Below, one piece after another: positions 25,027-37,495 of a stretch of DNA of 64,000 nt. How positions within the stretch are numbered: the stretch's first letter is position 1; every line of letters starts with the position of its first letter. The translations under genes were made by a program, and so were the position numbers. The notes beneath the pieces were generated by a model, which saw only the letters and a program-made list of their open reading frames with translations, did no database searches and was not told the origin of the DNA. Location of the stretch: assembly GCF_001447785.1 (NCBI RefSeq), contig NW_015167064.1, positions 667,619 through 731,618 of the forward strand, given 5' to 3'. The stretch is from Gekko japonicus (Eukaryota).

Positions 25027-25237
25027 GGAGATGTGGAATAGCTTAGTACAGTCTGATCTCATCAGATTTCAGATGCTAAGCTGGGACAGTACTTGGATAG
25101 GAGACTACCAAGAAGGCTTTGCAGAGGACAGACAGCAATGGGAAACCACCTCTGCTTAATCACTTGCCTTGGAAACCCTATGGGGTCACCATAAGTCGGC
25201 TGTGACTTGATAGCACTTTACACACACACACACACAC
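25027..25237 (+). mobile_element. 5S rRNA-derived SINE (SINE3 type) with RTE-like tail
   Basis: gtctgatctcatcagatttcagatgctaagctggg..tacttggataggagactacc matches the 5S rRNA A/C-box region; tail gtcaccataagtcggctgtgacttgatagcac followed by (CA)n. Confidence 0.82.
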
Positions 25238-27210
25238 TCCATTGATTGCACTAATCTCACAATTTCTCTGCTCTAGCATGTAAGCAACTGGGGAATCCAT
25301 ACAAAATCGACACAGGTATGATACGGCTCATGGGAACTGCTTGTGCTAACTCAGCATTCCTCAGACCTGATTCTCCTTCCACTCTGCTGGATATGCCTTC
25401 ATTCACCTGAATTGCTTACTTACCAAACTGTGATTTGCAAAGCTGGACCTCGAAACCTGCTGTGCACAGCCTGGTAGGAAAGCCGTTCATTGTGCATGGT
25501 TGCTTCACATTGGCCCTATTTCAGGCCATCCAAACATTTTCATCTCACCGGAGAAGTTCCTGTGGCTCAAAAATGCAGCCTACAAATTGGTCCTGAGATA
25601 ACTATTAAATTGTAGTTCTATTAGGGATTTCACAGCTTGCCCCTACTTCTCTACACTCTAGAAACCTTTATCACTTTCTGGACACGCATATTCATCTCTG
25701 TGGTTTGTTTGATTTTTTTTTAAAATGTGAGCATTCCAAAGCGACTAAATTGGTATCAGCAAAGAATATTCTACAAAACAGAAAACACAATCTGGCTGCT
25801 TTAGTTTATTTAATTTTGGGAGGGAAACCAAAAAGTTGTCCTTCATTTTTTTTAAATATATATATATATTAATAATTGGACCGCAAGACTGAAATTCCAC
25901 ACCACCCATTCTTTTCTTCTTTTTCTAAAAAAAAAAGTCTGTTAAAAATGCACAGCTGGTTTGACAATGAGTGACAAATCAGAAGTCAGAGTGAAACTTC
26001 CCGATCATCTGAGCCCTTGCCACCCGATTAGCAGAAGAAAAACAGGGCAGATGGAGGGAGACGCAGCAGTTCGAAGGGAACAGATGGCCACTGTGAACTT
26101 GATATATGAAATTAATAACACTTTCTCAAATACAATTAGTAGCAGGAAGACATTACCTGAATTTTCATAACTGTGAGCAAGCTGACATTAAATGAGGGTT
26201 TTCAGATTAACAGTTGATATGGCATTGATATTTAGAGGGAAATAAAAACTATATATGAGAAATGACGACCTTATTGCTTTTGGGTGTAGTAAGTGATTGT
26301 AGATGAATGCTCCAGGAGGATCCTACCCTATAGGGTGGAAAAACCCAGAGAGGGTATTTTTTGTTTTTGCTGTTGTTCATATTGACTCAACCTGCTGCTA
26401 TTTTGACTTTTCAGGAACAAAACAAATACAATATTCATTCTTGTCATTGTGATATTTGGAGTGCAAGGAAAGCTGAGAGGAAAGGTTACATTGATCCTTT
26501 GTGTTATTTACAAGAGTGGTTATCAAATACCAGTTTGAGCAATGTGACTAAATCATTTAAAGCAGGGAAATGCACATGTCGGAGAAGGTCAGCACTTAAC
26601 GAAAAGTAGCACTGGAGATTTCCCCAATCTAATGATCTATTGCAATCTCACGTACCATGTCTACACAGAGAGTTTCCCCATTCAGTTCAGTAGTAGAGGC
26701 AGTTCCACATACAGGTATTTTGTGTGTGTGCGAGTGGATGGAAATACAGTATCTGCTGAACAGGCTGAAGGCTATCCATACAGGTGGGTATCTTCGTGAG
26801 CACTTTCTTGAGATTAGACCAAGTGTCTATGAGATCCAGCAGAAGGGATCCAGTGGCACAAACAGCATATGTTCCCTGCCAACATTGACTTAGGGAAGGT
26901 CCCTATTTTCTGATTCTTATCCCTATTAAATTAGAGTTCCTATTCTGTCCCCACTTTTGCCTTTGAGGTGTGCCTTGCTCAATGTTATACCTTGTTCAAG
27001 CTGTTCATTTTCAGGATTCAGATGGCTGCCCTGGTCTCTAGCAATTCAATCTCTGAGGTTCAGAGGGGAGGGGAGAAAAATATGTATCTTGACTTTAGTA
27101 CACATGCCCCACATAAAGCACACACACATGAATACCAAAACCTCCATGCATCCCCATGTAGTAACCAGCCTGTCACTTGAAGGGAAACTACTTTTGGTCT
27201 GCCAGTAATA

Positions 27211-27557
27211 CAGTAAAGGTAAAGGTTTCCCTTGCTTGAAAGCCAGTCAAATCCAACTCTAGGGGGCGGTGCTCATCTCTGTTTCCAAGCTGAAGAGCCA
27301 GTGCTGTCCAAAGACGTTTCCGTGGTCATGTGGCTGGCATGACTAAATGCCGAGGCACACGGAATGCTGTTACCTTCTCACTGAAGCGGTACCTATTTAT
27401 CTACTTGCAGTTTCTTGCTTTCGAACTACTAGGTTGGCAGGAGCTGAGGCCAGAGACGGGAGCTCACTCTGTCACGCGGCGCTAGGGTCTTGAACTGCCG
27501 AACTACAGACCTTCCAGTCTGCAGCTCAGCATTTTAACCTTTAAGCCACCGTGGCCC
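27211..27557 (-). mobile_element. Sauria SINE, full length
   Basis: Complete body; TSD cagtaata. Confidence 0.92.
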
Positions 27558-27814
27558 ATCAGTAATATACAATAGGTCAATTAGGTATATCCCAATTAGG
27601 TATATCCAGAGTAAATAAATACATCAGACAGGTAGGAAAGAGTCTTCAAAAATATCTAAGAGGAACTCAATGTGGCTTGCAAAGTGATCCTCTGTATGAG
27701 ATCAGAGAGTTTCCAAGCATGTCTCTATAGTCACCTCTGAAGTACTGGACACTATGAAGCATAATTTGTCTACCGTTGCTTATGGACAAAGGGTTAAACT
27801 AGATGACAGAGAAG

Positions 27815-28023
27815 CAGTGTTCCCTCTAAGATGAATTAGTATGAGCTAGCTTACAGTTCTTTAGCCTCTGCCTCACAGATTTTTGTCTTCGCTCAGGAAG
27901 GATGGCTCCAGAGCAAACTAATTTATGCAACAGCCAAATTGCTTGCTCACAGCAACTTTAATGCCAGTAGCTCACAAATTAGAATTTTTGCTCACAATAC
28001 TTCCCATCTTAGAGGGAGCATTG
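27815..28023. mobile_element. hAT MITE
   Basis: TIRs cagtgttccctctaagatg / catcttagagggagcattg; 8-bp TSD cagagaag / catagaag. Confidence 0.88.
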
Positions 28024-30354
28024 CATAGAAGCTGAAGATCTCCCCACCTCTTTTTAAGCTATCAAGATATTTGTCTCCCCTCCCCTTTAAACGGTTAATA
28101 ACAGCATGGGAGAGGATGATTTCAATCAGCAAAACCACGTAGGAGTGGGTTTCAACCCCCTCTCCCCTTCCCATATATATACCTGAAAATGCTGTCTAAA
28201 AATTGCTTGGAAGATCCGGTCATGAGTTGTCTCAGTATCTTCTCTGTTTTGACCCACAGAAAGAAGACCACAGGTGGTAATGGGACACCTATGCATTTGC
28301 AGGATCCTAATCAGAATAATTGCTTATATTATAATTATAATCAGAATGATTACTTACTTCTGGAAATCTTGCTCCTGTTTTTGAATGGTTCTGGGCATAT
28401 CTTACATCTAAACACCCAATTCAGAAGTAAATTATAGTGAAAATAAATTACTTTTTAATCATCATGTTGTGTGATAGCATGGAGGGGCCCCAAGTCTACA
28501 GCCTGCAGAATGCAATGATGGGTTACAGGATGCATTGCAATCCTAAGGAGTGTTACATCCTTCTAAGTCCACTGAAGTCAAGGGACATAGAAGGGAGAAA
28601 TTCTGTTAATTAAATTCAGAGGTGCTGGGTGAAAAAAGTTTCAAGTTGCCTCAAAGGCTCCAGTGACAAAAAACCAAAACAAATCAACAAACAAACAATA
28701 AATAGAGACTGTAGGGAACTTAAAACTTTGCATACCATTCTAGTTGGTCCTAATAAAATATGATTTTCCTGTGTGGGTGATCTTTTCGAGTCTTTTTGCC
28801 AGGGTGCAAATTCTGAGATTAATTTTCTCAATTTCCCCCCCAAAATAAATTTAGTGTGACCACTGTGGTCATGTTCATGGCTTAGAAGAAACATAAAGGA
28901 ACCAGCATATAATCATATTATTGGAACACAAGCCCTTTCGTTGTAAGCGACATTCAACATTTAACCCTTTACCCCCAAAATTAATAATAATTAGTGTATG
29001 GTTCCATGGTAACCATGACCTTTTAAATATAAGGACTGACTCTGGGTACTCATGAACATTATTTAGGCCAGTGCTGACCTTGGAAAACTAGAGTACAATG
29101 CAGGAGCAAATCATGCATTAAGACATAATTTCAACACATAAGAATTGCATAAAAGTACAGCTAAACAGAAATGTCAGAATTAAGGATTTTGTTAGGGGCT
29201 TGCAGATAGTCATTGTAAACAATATAGGATATAAATACAATGTGTTCCTGTGTGTACATGCACACTCATGTTTCCAATGGACAGCATATTTTATTTAGGT
29301 ATTAGTATCTCTGGTATATGTTTGTTTTAATTCATGTAGAATTAAATCTGCTTTTCTTTAAAAATAACGCGGAAGAAAAATTTGCAAAAGACACATAAGC
29401 AGAAGCATAAAGAAACCACTCCTTGGATGGTCTGGAATTCATAATGCCATTCTAATCTATGCACGTTTAATTGTCTGCTGTGTTCAGAGGCTCTTGAGAA
29501 GTTTCCTGGATTTGATAGACCCCTCACTTCTCTATTCCTGAGACGCAGCTGAAAGAAAGTTGTGTTACTTTTCACTGGGATGCTGCATGAATTAGCCCAC
29601 CTTCTGTCTTCATACATGTAGTTGATTGTTCTTTTCCTAGGCACAGACCACATGTGGAAATGTATTTTGTTTATGAATGAAAGGATACATTTGCAGCTAG
29701 GAAACTGCACCAGAAAGGTATGGTATCTATTTGCAAACTTGCTGGAATTTCACACACACACACACACACATGGTATTCTGAATTCACACACACACACACA
29801 CACACACACATGGTATTCTGAATTTGCATTTAAACCATAGAGCTGATTTTTGAGGGGGGACAACAATGTGCTTTACATAACATTGAATTTTACAAGAAAC
29901 TTATTTCTTTTGACCCAATGAGCTTTACTTGTGTTGCTAATCTGTATTTGTGCACAATTATTCACGTTGGCCCATTATCAAATATGGCTGGCACACTCTG
30001 GCACAATCCTCATTCCCTAGTAGACTTTTACAGAAAATTGTTCTCTCTCTTTTGCCAGTGCTGAATACCAGGGCCTGTAGAGGAGTGATTTCTGGATCAC
30101 AGTTTGTTATATTTGAGAGGGATGGCTGAGAGCAATACATTGTGTCCAGTCCAGTGCCTACACATTGTACAGCTGTGAGGCAATTGGTGGTTCTAGTACT
30201 TGCAGATTTCAGCCACATTAGCCACAAGGTGGAAACCAGAGGTGGAAACCAGAGCAGTGACTCAGCCAATGAAGGAAGGAATGTGGAAGTGAGTAAATGA
30301 AATAATCATGATATGTCTTTTCCTTCCCAAACCCAGGGATATCTATCTTACTAC

Positions 30355-30552
30355 CACCACTACCAACCCCAGTTGGAGATCTCCTGCTGTTACAATTGAT
30401 CTGCAGATGATCCCCTGGAGAAAATGGCTTCTTTGGAGAGTGGATTCTATACATTATACCCTGCTGAGGTCATGCCCTCTCCAAACCCCTCCCTCCCCAG
30501 GCTCCACCCCCAAAATCTTCAAGTATTTCCCAACTCAGAACTGGCAACCCTA
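30355..30552. mobile_element. hAT MITE (TAGGGTTGCC family), partial
   Basis: Reverse-complement homologue of 39346-39564; ends ctggcaacccta. Confidence 0.8.
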
Positions 30553-30651
30553 AATAAACATGACTGCAACACAACTTTGTTTTTAAAATGGAATGTTCCT
30601 GGGAGACAGAAATGAAGTTTAAAAATGGCACTTTAACTTTGTACATAAAGC

Positions 30652-31039
30652 CAGGGCTATTTTTGGGCATGAATGCACGGAGTTCCAGCTGGCTCCCAAG
30701 TTGGCCACACCCAGCAGGAAGTCATTAGCATAATAGGCCACTCCCAACAGCAGAAACTCATTAGGATTGGCTACATTAGGGGTGTGTGGTCTAACATGCA
30801 GAGGAGTTCCTGGTGCAAAAAAGCCCTGGGTTTTGACAACAAACAAGGTAAACAGAATAAGAAGCAAAAGGTGGGTGTGGCTGGATGACCACACTTCTGG
30901 TAACATGGGGGTGCAGCTTAATGTGCTAATGAGCTGTGCTGTCAGGGGTGGGCCTAATATGCTAATGAGTTTCTGCTGTTGGGTGTGGCCTATTATGCTA
31001 ATGAGTTCCTGCTGGGCTTTTTCTACAAAAAGAGCCCTG
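30652..31039. mobile_element. hAT MITE (CAGGGCT family)
   Basis: TIRs cagggctattttt / aaaaagagccctg; internal inverted ctcattagcat/atgctaatgag repeats shared with 15835-16090. Confidence 0.85.
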
Positions 31040-31126
31040 CAAAGCCATGCTATGATCTATGTGTTCTAGTGTTAATAGTTGTGATTTAAAGACATGTAGC
31101 ACTTAACATTTATTTTACAAATTGCA

Positions 31127-31235
31127 GATGTGTGTAGCTGTGGACTTTGAGTTCTCTAGTGGCATCTTGTTAAAAACACCCTGATATGTGTAGCTGTGGA
31201 CTTTGAGTTCTCTAGAGGCATCTTGTTAAAAACAC
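31127..31235. repeat. Two-copy tandem duplication, 56-bp unit
   Basis: tgtgtagctgtggactttgagttctctag.ggcatcttgttaaaaacac occurs twice. Confidence 0.95.
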
Positions 31236-32263
31236 ACAGCATAGTGTGATGTAGTATGAGGCTGCAGTGATACAGCTTCTGGTATGTTCTGTTCTGATAC
31301 AGAAAGTAGGATTATTAAGAAATGTCTTTAAATTGGAAGGAGGCGTCTCCTTCCTTCACCATTCTTTTTATTGACAGAGTACCACTGGTGATTATCATGT
31401 ACCAATACACATGTGTGTGTTATATATTTATGTGTGTGTTCTGTGTATATAAACATGTGTGTTTATATGTGTGTCTGTGTGTAGGTATGTGTATTATTTG
31501 ATTTTTTATATGTGTGTGTGGTTAGCTTGATCAGCCATTGTCCAAAATAGCATTAACCAGTTCCAGGCAATGCAGACACAAATTCCTTTCATTCATCAAC
31601 AGATAAGGAGTTTTGACAGCTCTCCCTCGGGAGCAAGGAGTGAGTGGGCGTGGGATGAAAGGAGAGATTACACCATAGGAAGGCAAATAGAACATAAAGG
31701 AGCCAAAGAAGGAAGCAAGAAAGCTTTGGGGCTGGTTGGGCAGACAGGGAGACTGCTATCAGAATTAAACAAGACACAATCCAGATCCCCTTTCCATTCC
31801 CCTACCTGTTTCTTCTCAATGTCACAATTGGTGTACACACTGATACAAAACATGCCCAACAAGTATTCCAGTAACTCTTTGGGACCACCAGGGCAAAACT
31901 ATGAAAAAGAAAACCCCAAGCAGGCTTTGACACTTAACCAAGGCAACATGCCAAGATTCTAACATCTGGAAAAAGATTCTAGAAGAAAATAATCATTTCC
32001 AGGGCTGGGATTTTAACTCTTTGTATGTCTTCTAAATATCCAGGTAAATATGCTCAGAATAATGCCGTTTTAGCAGAACTTAAAATGTCTGCCAGCTCCA
32101 AGGGAACCAAATTAGGGAAGAAACATTCAGCAAGCATTTGGTGAATTCAAAAGGACACTGGGACAGTCTTTCTGATTTATCACACTGAAAAGCAGGTTTA
32201 GGCAGGTTACCAGTCAAGGTATGCCTTCCTATGCAATCCTAGAATAAGCTCCAATGATCTAAA

Positions 32264-32546
32264 AGCCAGTTTGGTGTAGTGGTTAAGTGTGCGGACTCTA
32301 ATCTGGGAGAACCAGGTTTGATTCCCCACTCCTCCACTTGCACCTGCTGATGTGACCTTGGGTCAGTCACAAGCTCTGGCACAGCTGTTCCTGAAAGAGC
32401 AGTTTGGGTCAGAGTTCTCTCAGCCCCACCTACCTCACAGGGTGTCTGTTGTGGGGAGGGGAAGGGAAAGGAGTTTGTAAACCGCTCTGAGACTCCAAGT
32501 GAAGGGTGGGGTATAAATCCAATCTCTTCTTCTTCTTCTTCTTCTT
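32264..32546 (+). mobile_element. Squam3-type SINE, full length
   Basis: agccagtttggtgtagtggttaag (A box), ggtttgattccc (B box), CORE, (CTT)n tail. Confidence 0.93.
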
Positions 32547-33280
32547 AAAAGGGGCTTCCTCCTGAGTAAACATATGTAGTTTGTTTACTCTGTGAGATTT
32601 GGGGTCTTCCTTCTCTCGTCACTCTGCATGAATGTAATATTTTTTTCAGTTGAAAAATAATGGATTTGTAATGTTTTTAGTCCCTATCCATACTGAACCT
32701 CAGAAATCAATACAGCAGTATGTTAATATTTATGCATTCAAGATGGAAAGACTCTCAGTCAACAAAACCCTACTGGATTATCTTACAAAATATAACATTC
32801 CTTCTGCAAACAACATATTTCCACTCATAATGGTTTTTAAGAGTTCAAATGAGTGGTATTCTTGAGGAGAGGAAAGAAGTTACCATCACTATCTGAGCCA
32901 GAGGGAATTCCTTTTTGGTATGGATTGGGATGACAGTTGTCAGCCAAACTATTTTTTTTTTCCTGCCTGGGCACATGAGGGACAGGAGGAAAGTTGGTAA
33001 AGGACTAACTGTTGTGTAAAATTACAAACAGAACAGGACAATAAGAGAAGATCCCTTAACTGAAGTCAGTGATATCATATTTGGGCAAACCCAAATGACA
33101 GATGTGACATGAGATCCTGGATCTGCTTCTTCCCAGTGTTACCTGCCTTGGGATGAAAAAGATCTGATTGTTTCAGACTCTGAAACCTAAAACTGTTTGT
33201 TCATGTGGCCCAGCCCCCTCTTGGAGTCTCAGGTGAACTGCCCCAATGGCCCTCTCTTTTAAAAATATCTGGATGCCATA

Positions 33281-33362
33281 CAGTGCCGTCCTAAGCAAAC
33301 TTACTGCCTTGTAAGCATATCAATGGATTTAGAAGGTTGTAATTCTGTTTAGGATTGCACTG
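33281..33362. mobile_element. About 85-bp palindromic MITE (multi-copy in this window)
   Basis: cagtgccgtcctaagcaaacttac...gtaattctgtttaggattgcactg. Relatives at about 28535-28610, 34538-34980 (split), 35548-35635, 45163-45236 and 54009-54096. Confidence 0.75.
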
Positions 33363-34109
33363 ATAGCATACCATAGACTACCTCTGTGACAAACTACCCA
33401 GCTGTTGGCTATGAGCTTCAGTGCAGTGAGATTTTTAGACTTGCCAATCTCCAGGTGGCACCTGGAGATCTCTCAGTATTATAATAGATCTCCAAATGAC
33501 CACAATCAGTCCCCCTGTAAAAAACTGCTGCTTTGGAGTGTGGACTCTATGCCATATTTATTTTTAATTTTTCTGACCTGCAAATTTATGTTTTTGGTTG
33601 AGCAAAGAATTTAACTGTGCTTTTCAGTATTTGGATTCTATACCTGAGAAAACAGGAGATGAGAAAAGTCAGGTTGTCTGCCCACTCAATCAGATAATAA
33701 GCTATTCTATGCAATTAGTAATTGCATAGGAATATTGGATGTAACTGTATATAGAAAAATCTGATCTAGATATTTGTAAAAGTGAATACAATTTAATGGG
33801 ATGCAAGAAAGCTGTATACTATTGTTTCATCCAGTTGAGACTCTGCATGTGCGCACACGCACACATGTGCGTACAAACACACACACACACAGAGTTGTAT
33901 TCAAGAGAGTGAAATTAGTAAAAACATAGTGATGAGAAATCTTGCCAGAAAGCAGAAAGTTACTGTAAAATGCTGCCCCCTTCATTAATATACTTTGACC
34001 TGACTGATATAACAGCCTTCACACTATTTTATCTAAAGTGAACTAACTCAAGCTTAAAGAACATTCCTTTCCCCAGTATCACGGTGCATTTGCATTCATA
34101 ACATCATCA

Positions 34110-35140
34110 GAAGAGCCCATGGTCCATCTAGTAGCCGACAGCTAGTTGATTTTTGATCTAGTCCAGCATGCTGTCTACAGCAGTGGTCTATGAGATACCC
34201 AGGAAAAACAGCAGCAGCATGCTGTCACCCCACAACAAGAGGTATTCTGCCTCTGAACATGGAGGTCCCGTGCCATTCAGCCAACATGGCTAATAGGCAT
34301 TCATGTTTCTATACTTGATATATTTGTATGATTTGTCTTTTAAAGTCCTTACCTAAACTATATCTTTACCACCTCCTGTGATAACAAATTCTACAAATTA
34401 GTTATGCATTGTGTGAAGAAGTACTTTCTTTGGCTTGCCTGGTATCTACTCCCCATCAATTTCATTGGGTGGCCCTGACTTTTAGTACCTCGGGGAGAAT
34501 AGTTCTCTTTATCCATTTTCTCCAAATAATTCTACAACACAGCAATCCCAAGCAGAGTTATACCCTTCTTAATCTGTTTATTTATTTATTTTATTTCACT
34601 TATACCCCGCCCTCCCTGCAAGTGGGCTCAGGGCGGCTTACATAGGCACAACTGTGCAATAAAATACAACAAGATTAGAACAGTTAAGGCACCAAGTGCA
34701 ATAAGAATAGGACAAGTTAAAACAATTAAAACAAAAACTCGCATCTTGCGGGATACATTAGGAACTAAAATACTCACTCCCTATTGTATATCGTGGTGGG
34801 ATCAAAGAGGGGGGATGCCATAGGCCAAGATGTTCCAAGTGGCCAGTCGGCCCAACCTGGCGGTCCTGCTCTGCAGTTACTCAGTGGTGGTGGCGGCAGC
34901 AGCTCCTACTCAAAAGCCTGGTGGAAGAGCTCTGTCTTGCAGACTTAGAAGGGTATAACTCTGCCCAGGATAGCCCTGTAAATGTCTATTCTGCCTCTCC
35001 TTAGTCATCTTTTTTCTAAAGTTAAAAGTCCTAGAATCCTGGGGAAGCTGCTTGAACCCCTTGATTAATGCACCATTTTCAAGCTCCGCAATATCCTTTT
35101 TGAACTGGGATGATCAGAACTGCACACGGCATTCCAAATA
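34110..35140 (-). mobile_element. Degraded CR1 3' end containing a nested MITE, which itself contains an L2 3' fragment (about 34578-34942)
   Basis: CR1 tail and antisense ORF2 at 34110-34520, resuming at 34985-35140 (gatcagaactgcacacggcattcca). The MITE halves flank (ttta)n...gggctcagggcggcttaca...aaagcctggtggaagagctctgtcttgcag. Confidence 0.72.
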
Positions 35141-36226
35141 GCAATTATTGCTATTGTTATTGTTATTGTTTATTTAATTTATAACCTACCCTCCCCTGTG
35201 TGGCATGGCTCAGGGTGAGGAACAACATTTTCGGTACACAAATACAAATTAAAACAATTAAAGCAATCTAACAATTCAGCAACAGTTTACAGATGGCACA
35301 TACAGCACAGGTTAGTATCATTCCCCAGTGGGGAGAGAAGGAAAGAGGAGACAGCCAGGTTAGAAGGAACCCATTTTGGTCCTCAACCGTGCGCCATAGG
35401 CCTGCACACTGGCTGTTTCATTTTTAATCTCATCCCTGCAATCCCTCACACAGAATTGGGATTTTTGCAACAACTGCATATTATTGTTAGGAGATTAACA
35501 CTTGAAGAAGAAGGTGCTCAGAACTGAAAAGGGGAACAAATGTCTGGCAAAGGAATCCTAAACAGAGTCATACTCTTCTAAGTCCATTGAAGTCAATGGG
35601 TTTAGAAGGATTTAATTTCATTTGGGATCATGTTGCCAGACTCTCATTCAGTCGAGAGGGATGTCTGAGTGCCTAAGGCCCTCAGATACAACTCTGATGC
35701 AGAGACTACAGATAACTTGTGCCATATGAAATCCAAATGGGACCAGGGCATTTGCAAATAGATACAGTAAAACAAATTGATCAGCCATGCAGAGCAATAG
35801 CTGTTACTGTACCCCGATGAAAAAAATCTTTCTGGGAGGGGAGAGAGGATAAATTCACAACATGCATTATATCATTAAGAGCAGTAGGAACATTTAAAGT
35901 ATTTATTTAATCATCACTGTCTAACATCAGCAGATTTCAGAGCTTAAACTGTCATCAGGACTAAACGGCATGACATTGACAACCACAATTGAAAATAATA
36001 TAGATTTGTAAACTGGACCTTTGTTAAGTAAATAGAATGCAAAAACAAAGAAGCAAACAAGAACCCCCTTGTTCCAGAAGGAGTCTGGGAACTATAGAAT
36101 GTGGATGTATGAACAAAGTATCTAATTTGTATATTCTGAATACATTCAAGAATGCTGGGTGAGAAACTGAAGTATGACAAAATTGAAATGGTATTCTGTG
36201 AAACTGCATGCAAGAACATAAGAAGT

Positions 36227-36521
36227 GCCAGTTTGGTGTAGAGGTCAAGTGCGTGGACTCTAATCTGGGAGAACCAGGGGTTTGATTCCCCACTCCTCCA
36301 CTTGCACCTGGCTGGATGACCTTGGGCAAGCCGTAGCTCTGATAAGAGCTGTCCTTGAAAAAGAGCAGTTTCTGTCAAGAGCTCTCTCAGCCCCACCTAC
36401 CTCACAGGGTGTCTGTTGTGGGGAGGGAAAGGGAAAGGAGTTTGTAAGCCGCTCTGAGACACCTTTGGGCAGTGAAGGGTGGGGTATAAATCCAATCTCT
36501 TCTTCTTCTTCTTCTTCTTCT
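36227..36521 (+). mobile_element. Squam3-type SINE inserted in a CR1 tail remnant
   Basis: Full SINE; flanks aagaacataagaag | catcataccagtggtcagtcttgtccagcatcctg join into a CR1 3' end. Confidence 0.92.
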
Positions 36522-37372
36522 GCATCATACCAGTGGTCAGTCTTGTCCAGCATCCTGTAGTGGCCAATCAATTCCCCCGGAGGGCCAACAAATAGGGCAT
36601 AAAGGCTAAGGCTCTCCAGACCACATCCAGAGGTTGGTAAACCTAAGGAGAACCATGCTAAAGGTAAAACCACACTGGAGACTTTTGCTCTTTAGTTTGC
36701 AGCACTGAATGGTCAGAGAAGAGCCAGAAGGACACACTGGCACCTAAGCACCAGCGCCGGGGAAATGACTGGAATCAATGAACCAGTGCAAAACCAACAC
36801 TGGATACCACTAAAAAGATCAGGCTCTAGCCTTCACACCAGAAGCATTTTCAGCAAAATTAGGCATGCCACTTGCCCACCCTTTGATTTGTAAACTCCTG
36901 CCCTTGGCCCCAGCCCCCCACCCTCAAGAGAGAACCAAGAGAAAAAATAGCCAGAAAATGGCCTCCATTGCAACACTCTGGTAATTTAATCCATGTCTCT
37001 ATGGTCTTTACTGCCCTCACCAAACTTCACTATCTGAAGGGACCACCTTCAAAGTCTCCCAGTATTTGTCGATGTGCTGCTGGCAACCATAAGCTAAATT
37101 CAGCCCTTCCGTTTAAGTGAATAATTGTTAGTTTAAGTGAATCATTGTTATTTAGGGCTGCCAAATCACAAAAGAAGGTTTAATTCAATTTTAGTGCAGA
37201 ACTACTGGAGGACACTGCAGTGAACATGGATTAGAAGGAGAGTGCAGAAAGGGCCATGGAAGGAGGGGAATAAAGAGTTAAACTTGGGGGATGATTGCTG
37301 CAATGTTCGGCCCATTGGCATTTGTCATGGGATAACTTTATGACTGCCCCTAAAACAAGAAACTGGTTTCTT

Positions 37373-37495
37373 CCTTGCACCTGTTACAGACAAATGGGAT
37401 ATGCCTATCCTTAAGTCCTAACAGGGTCAAAATCTGACCTTGCACCTGTTACAGACAAATGGGATATCCTTAAGCCCTAACAGGGTCAAAATCTG
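37373..37495. repeat. Two-copy tandem duplication, about 60-65-bp unit
   Basis: ccttgcacctgttacagacaaatgggatat...cctaacagggtcaaaatctg occurs twice. Confidence 0.95.

Noticed and set aside
25050-25110. 5S rRNA similarity
   Set aside because: Partial, internally deleted and fused to a retroposon tail; a SINE head, not an rRNA gene.
32264-32335. tRNA-like A/B boxes at the SINE heads (also 20294, 36227, 44247, 52698, 62252)
   Set aside because: They run directly into the SINE body and lack a full cloverleaf, so they are not tRNA genes.
35944-36673. 100-150-aa ORFs overlapping SINEs (also 44251-44692, 56973-57383, 42490-42792)
   Set aside because: They are translations of Squam3 SINE and microsatellite sequence that recur at each copy.
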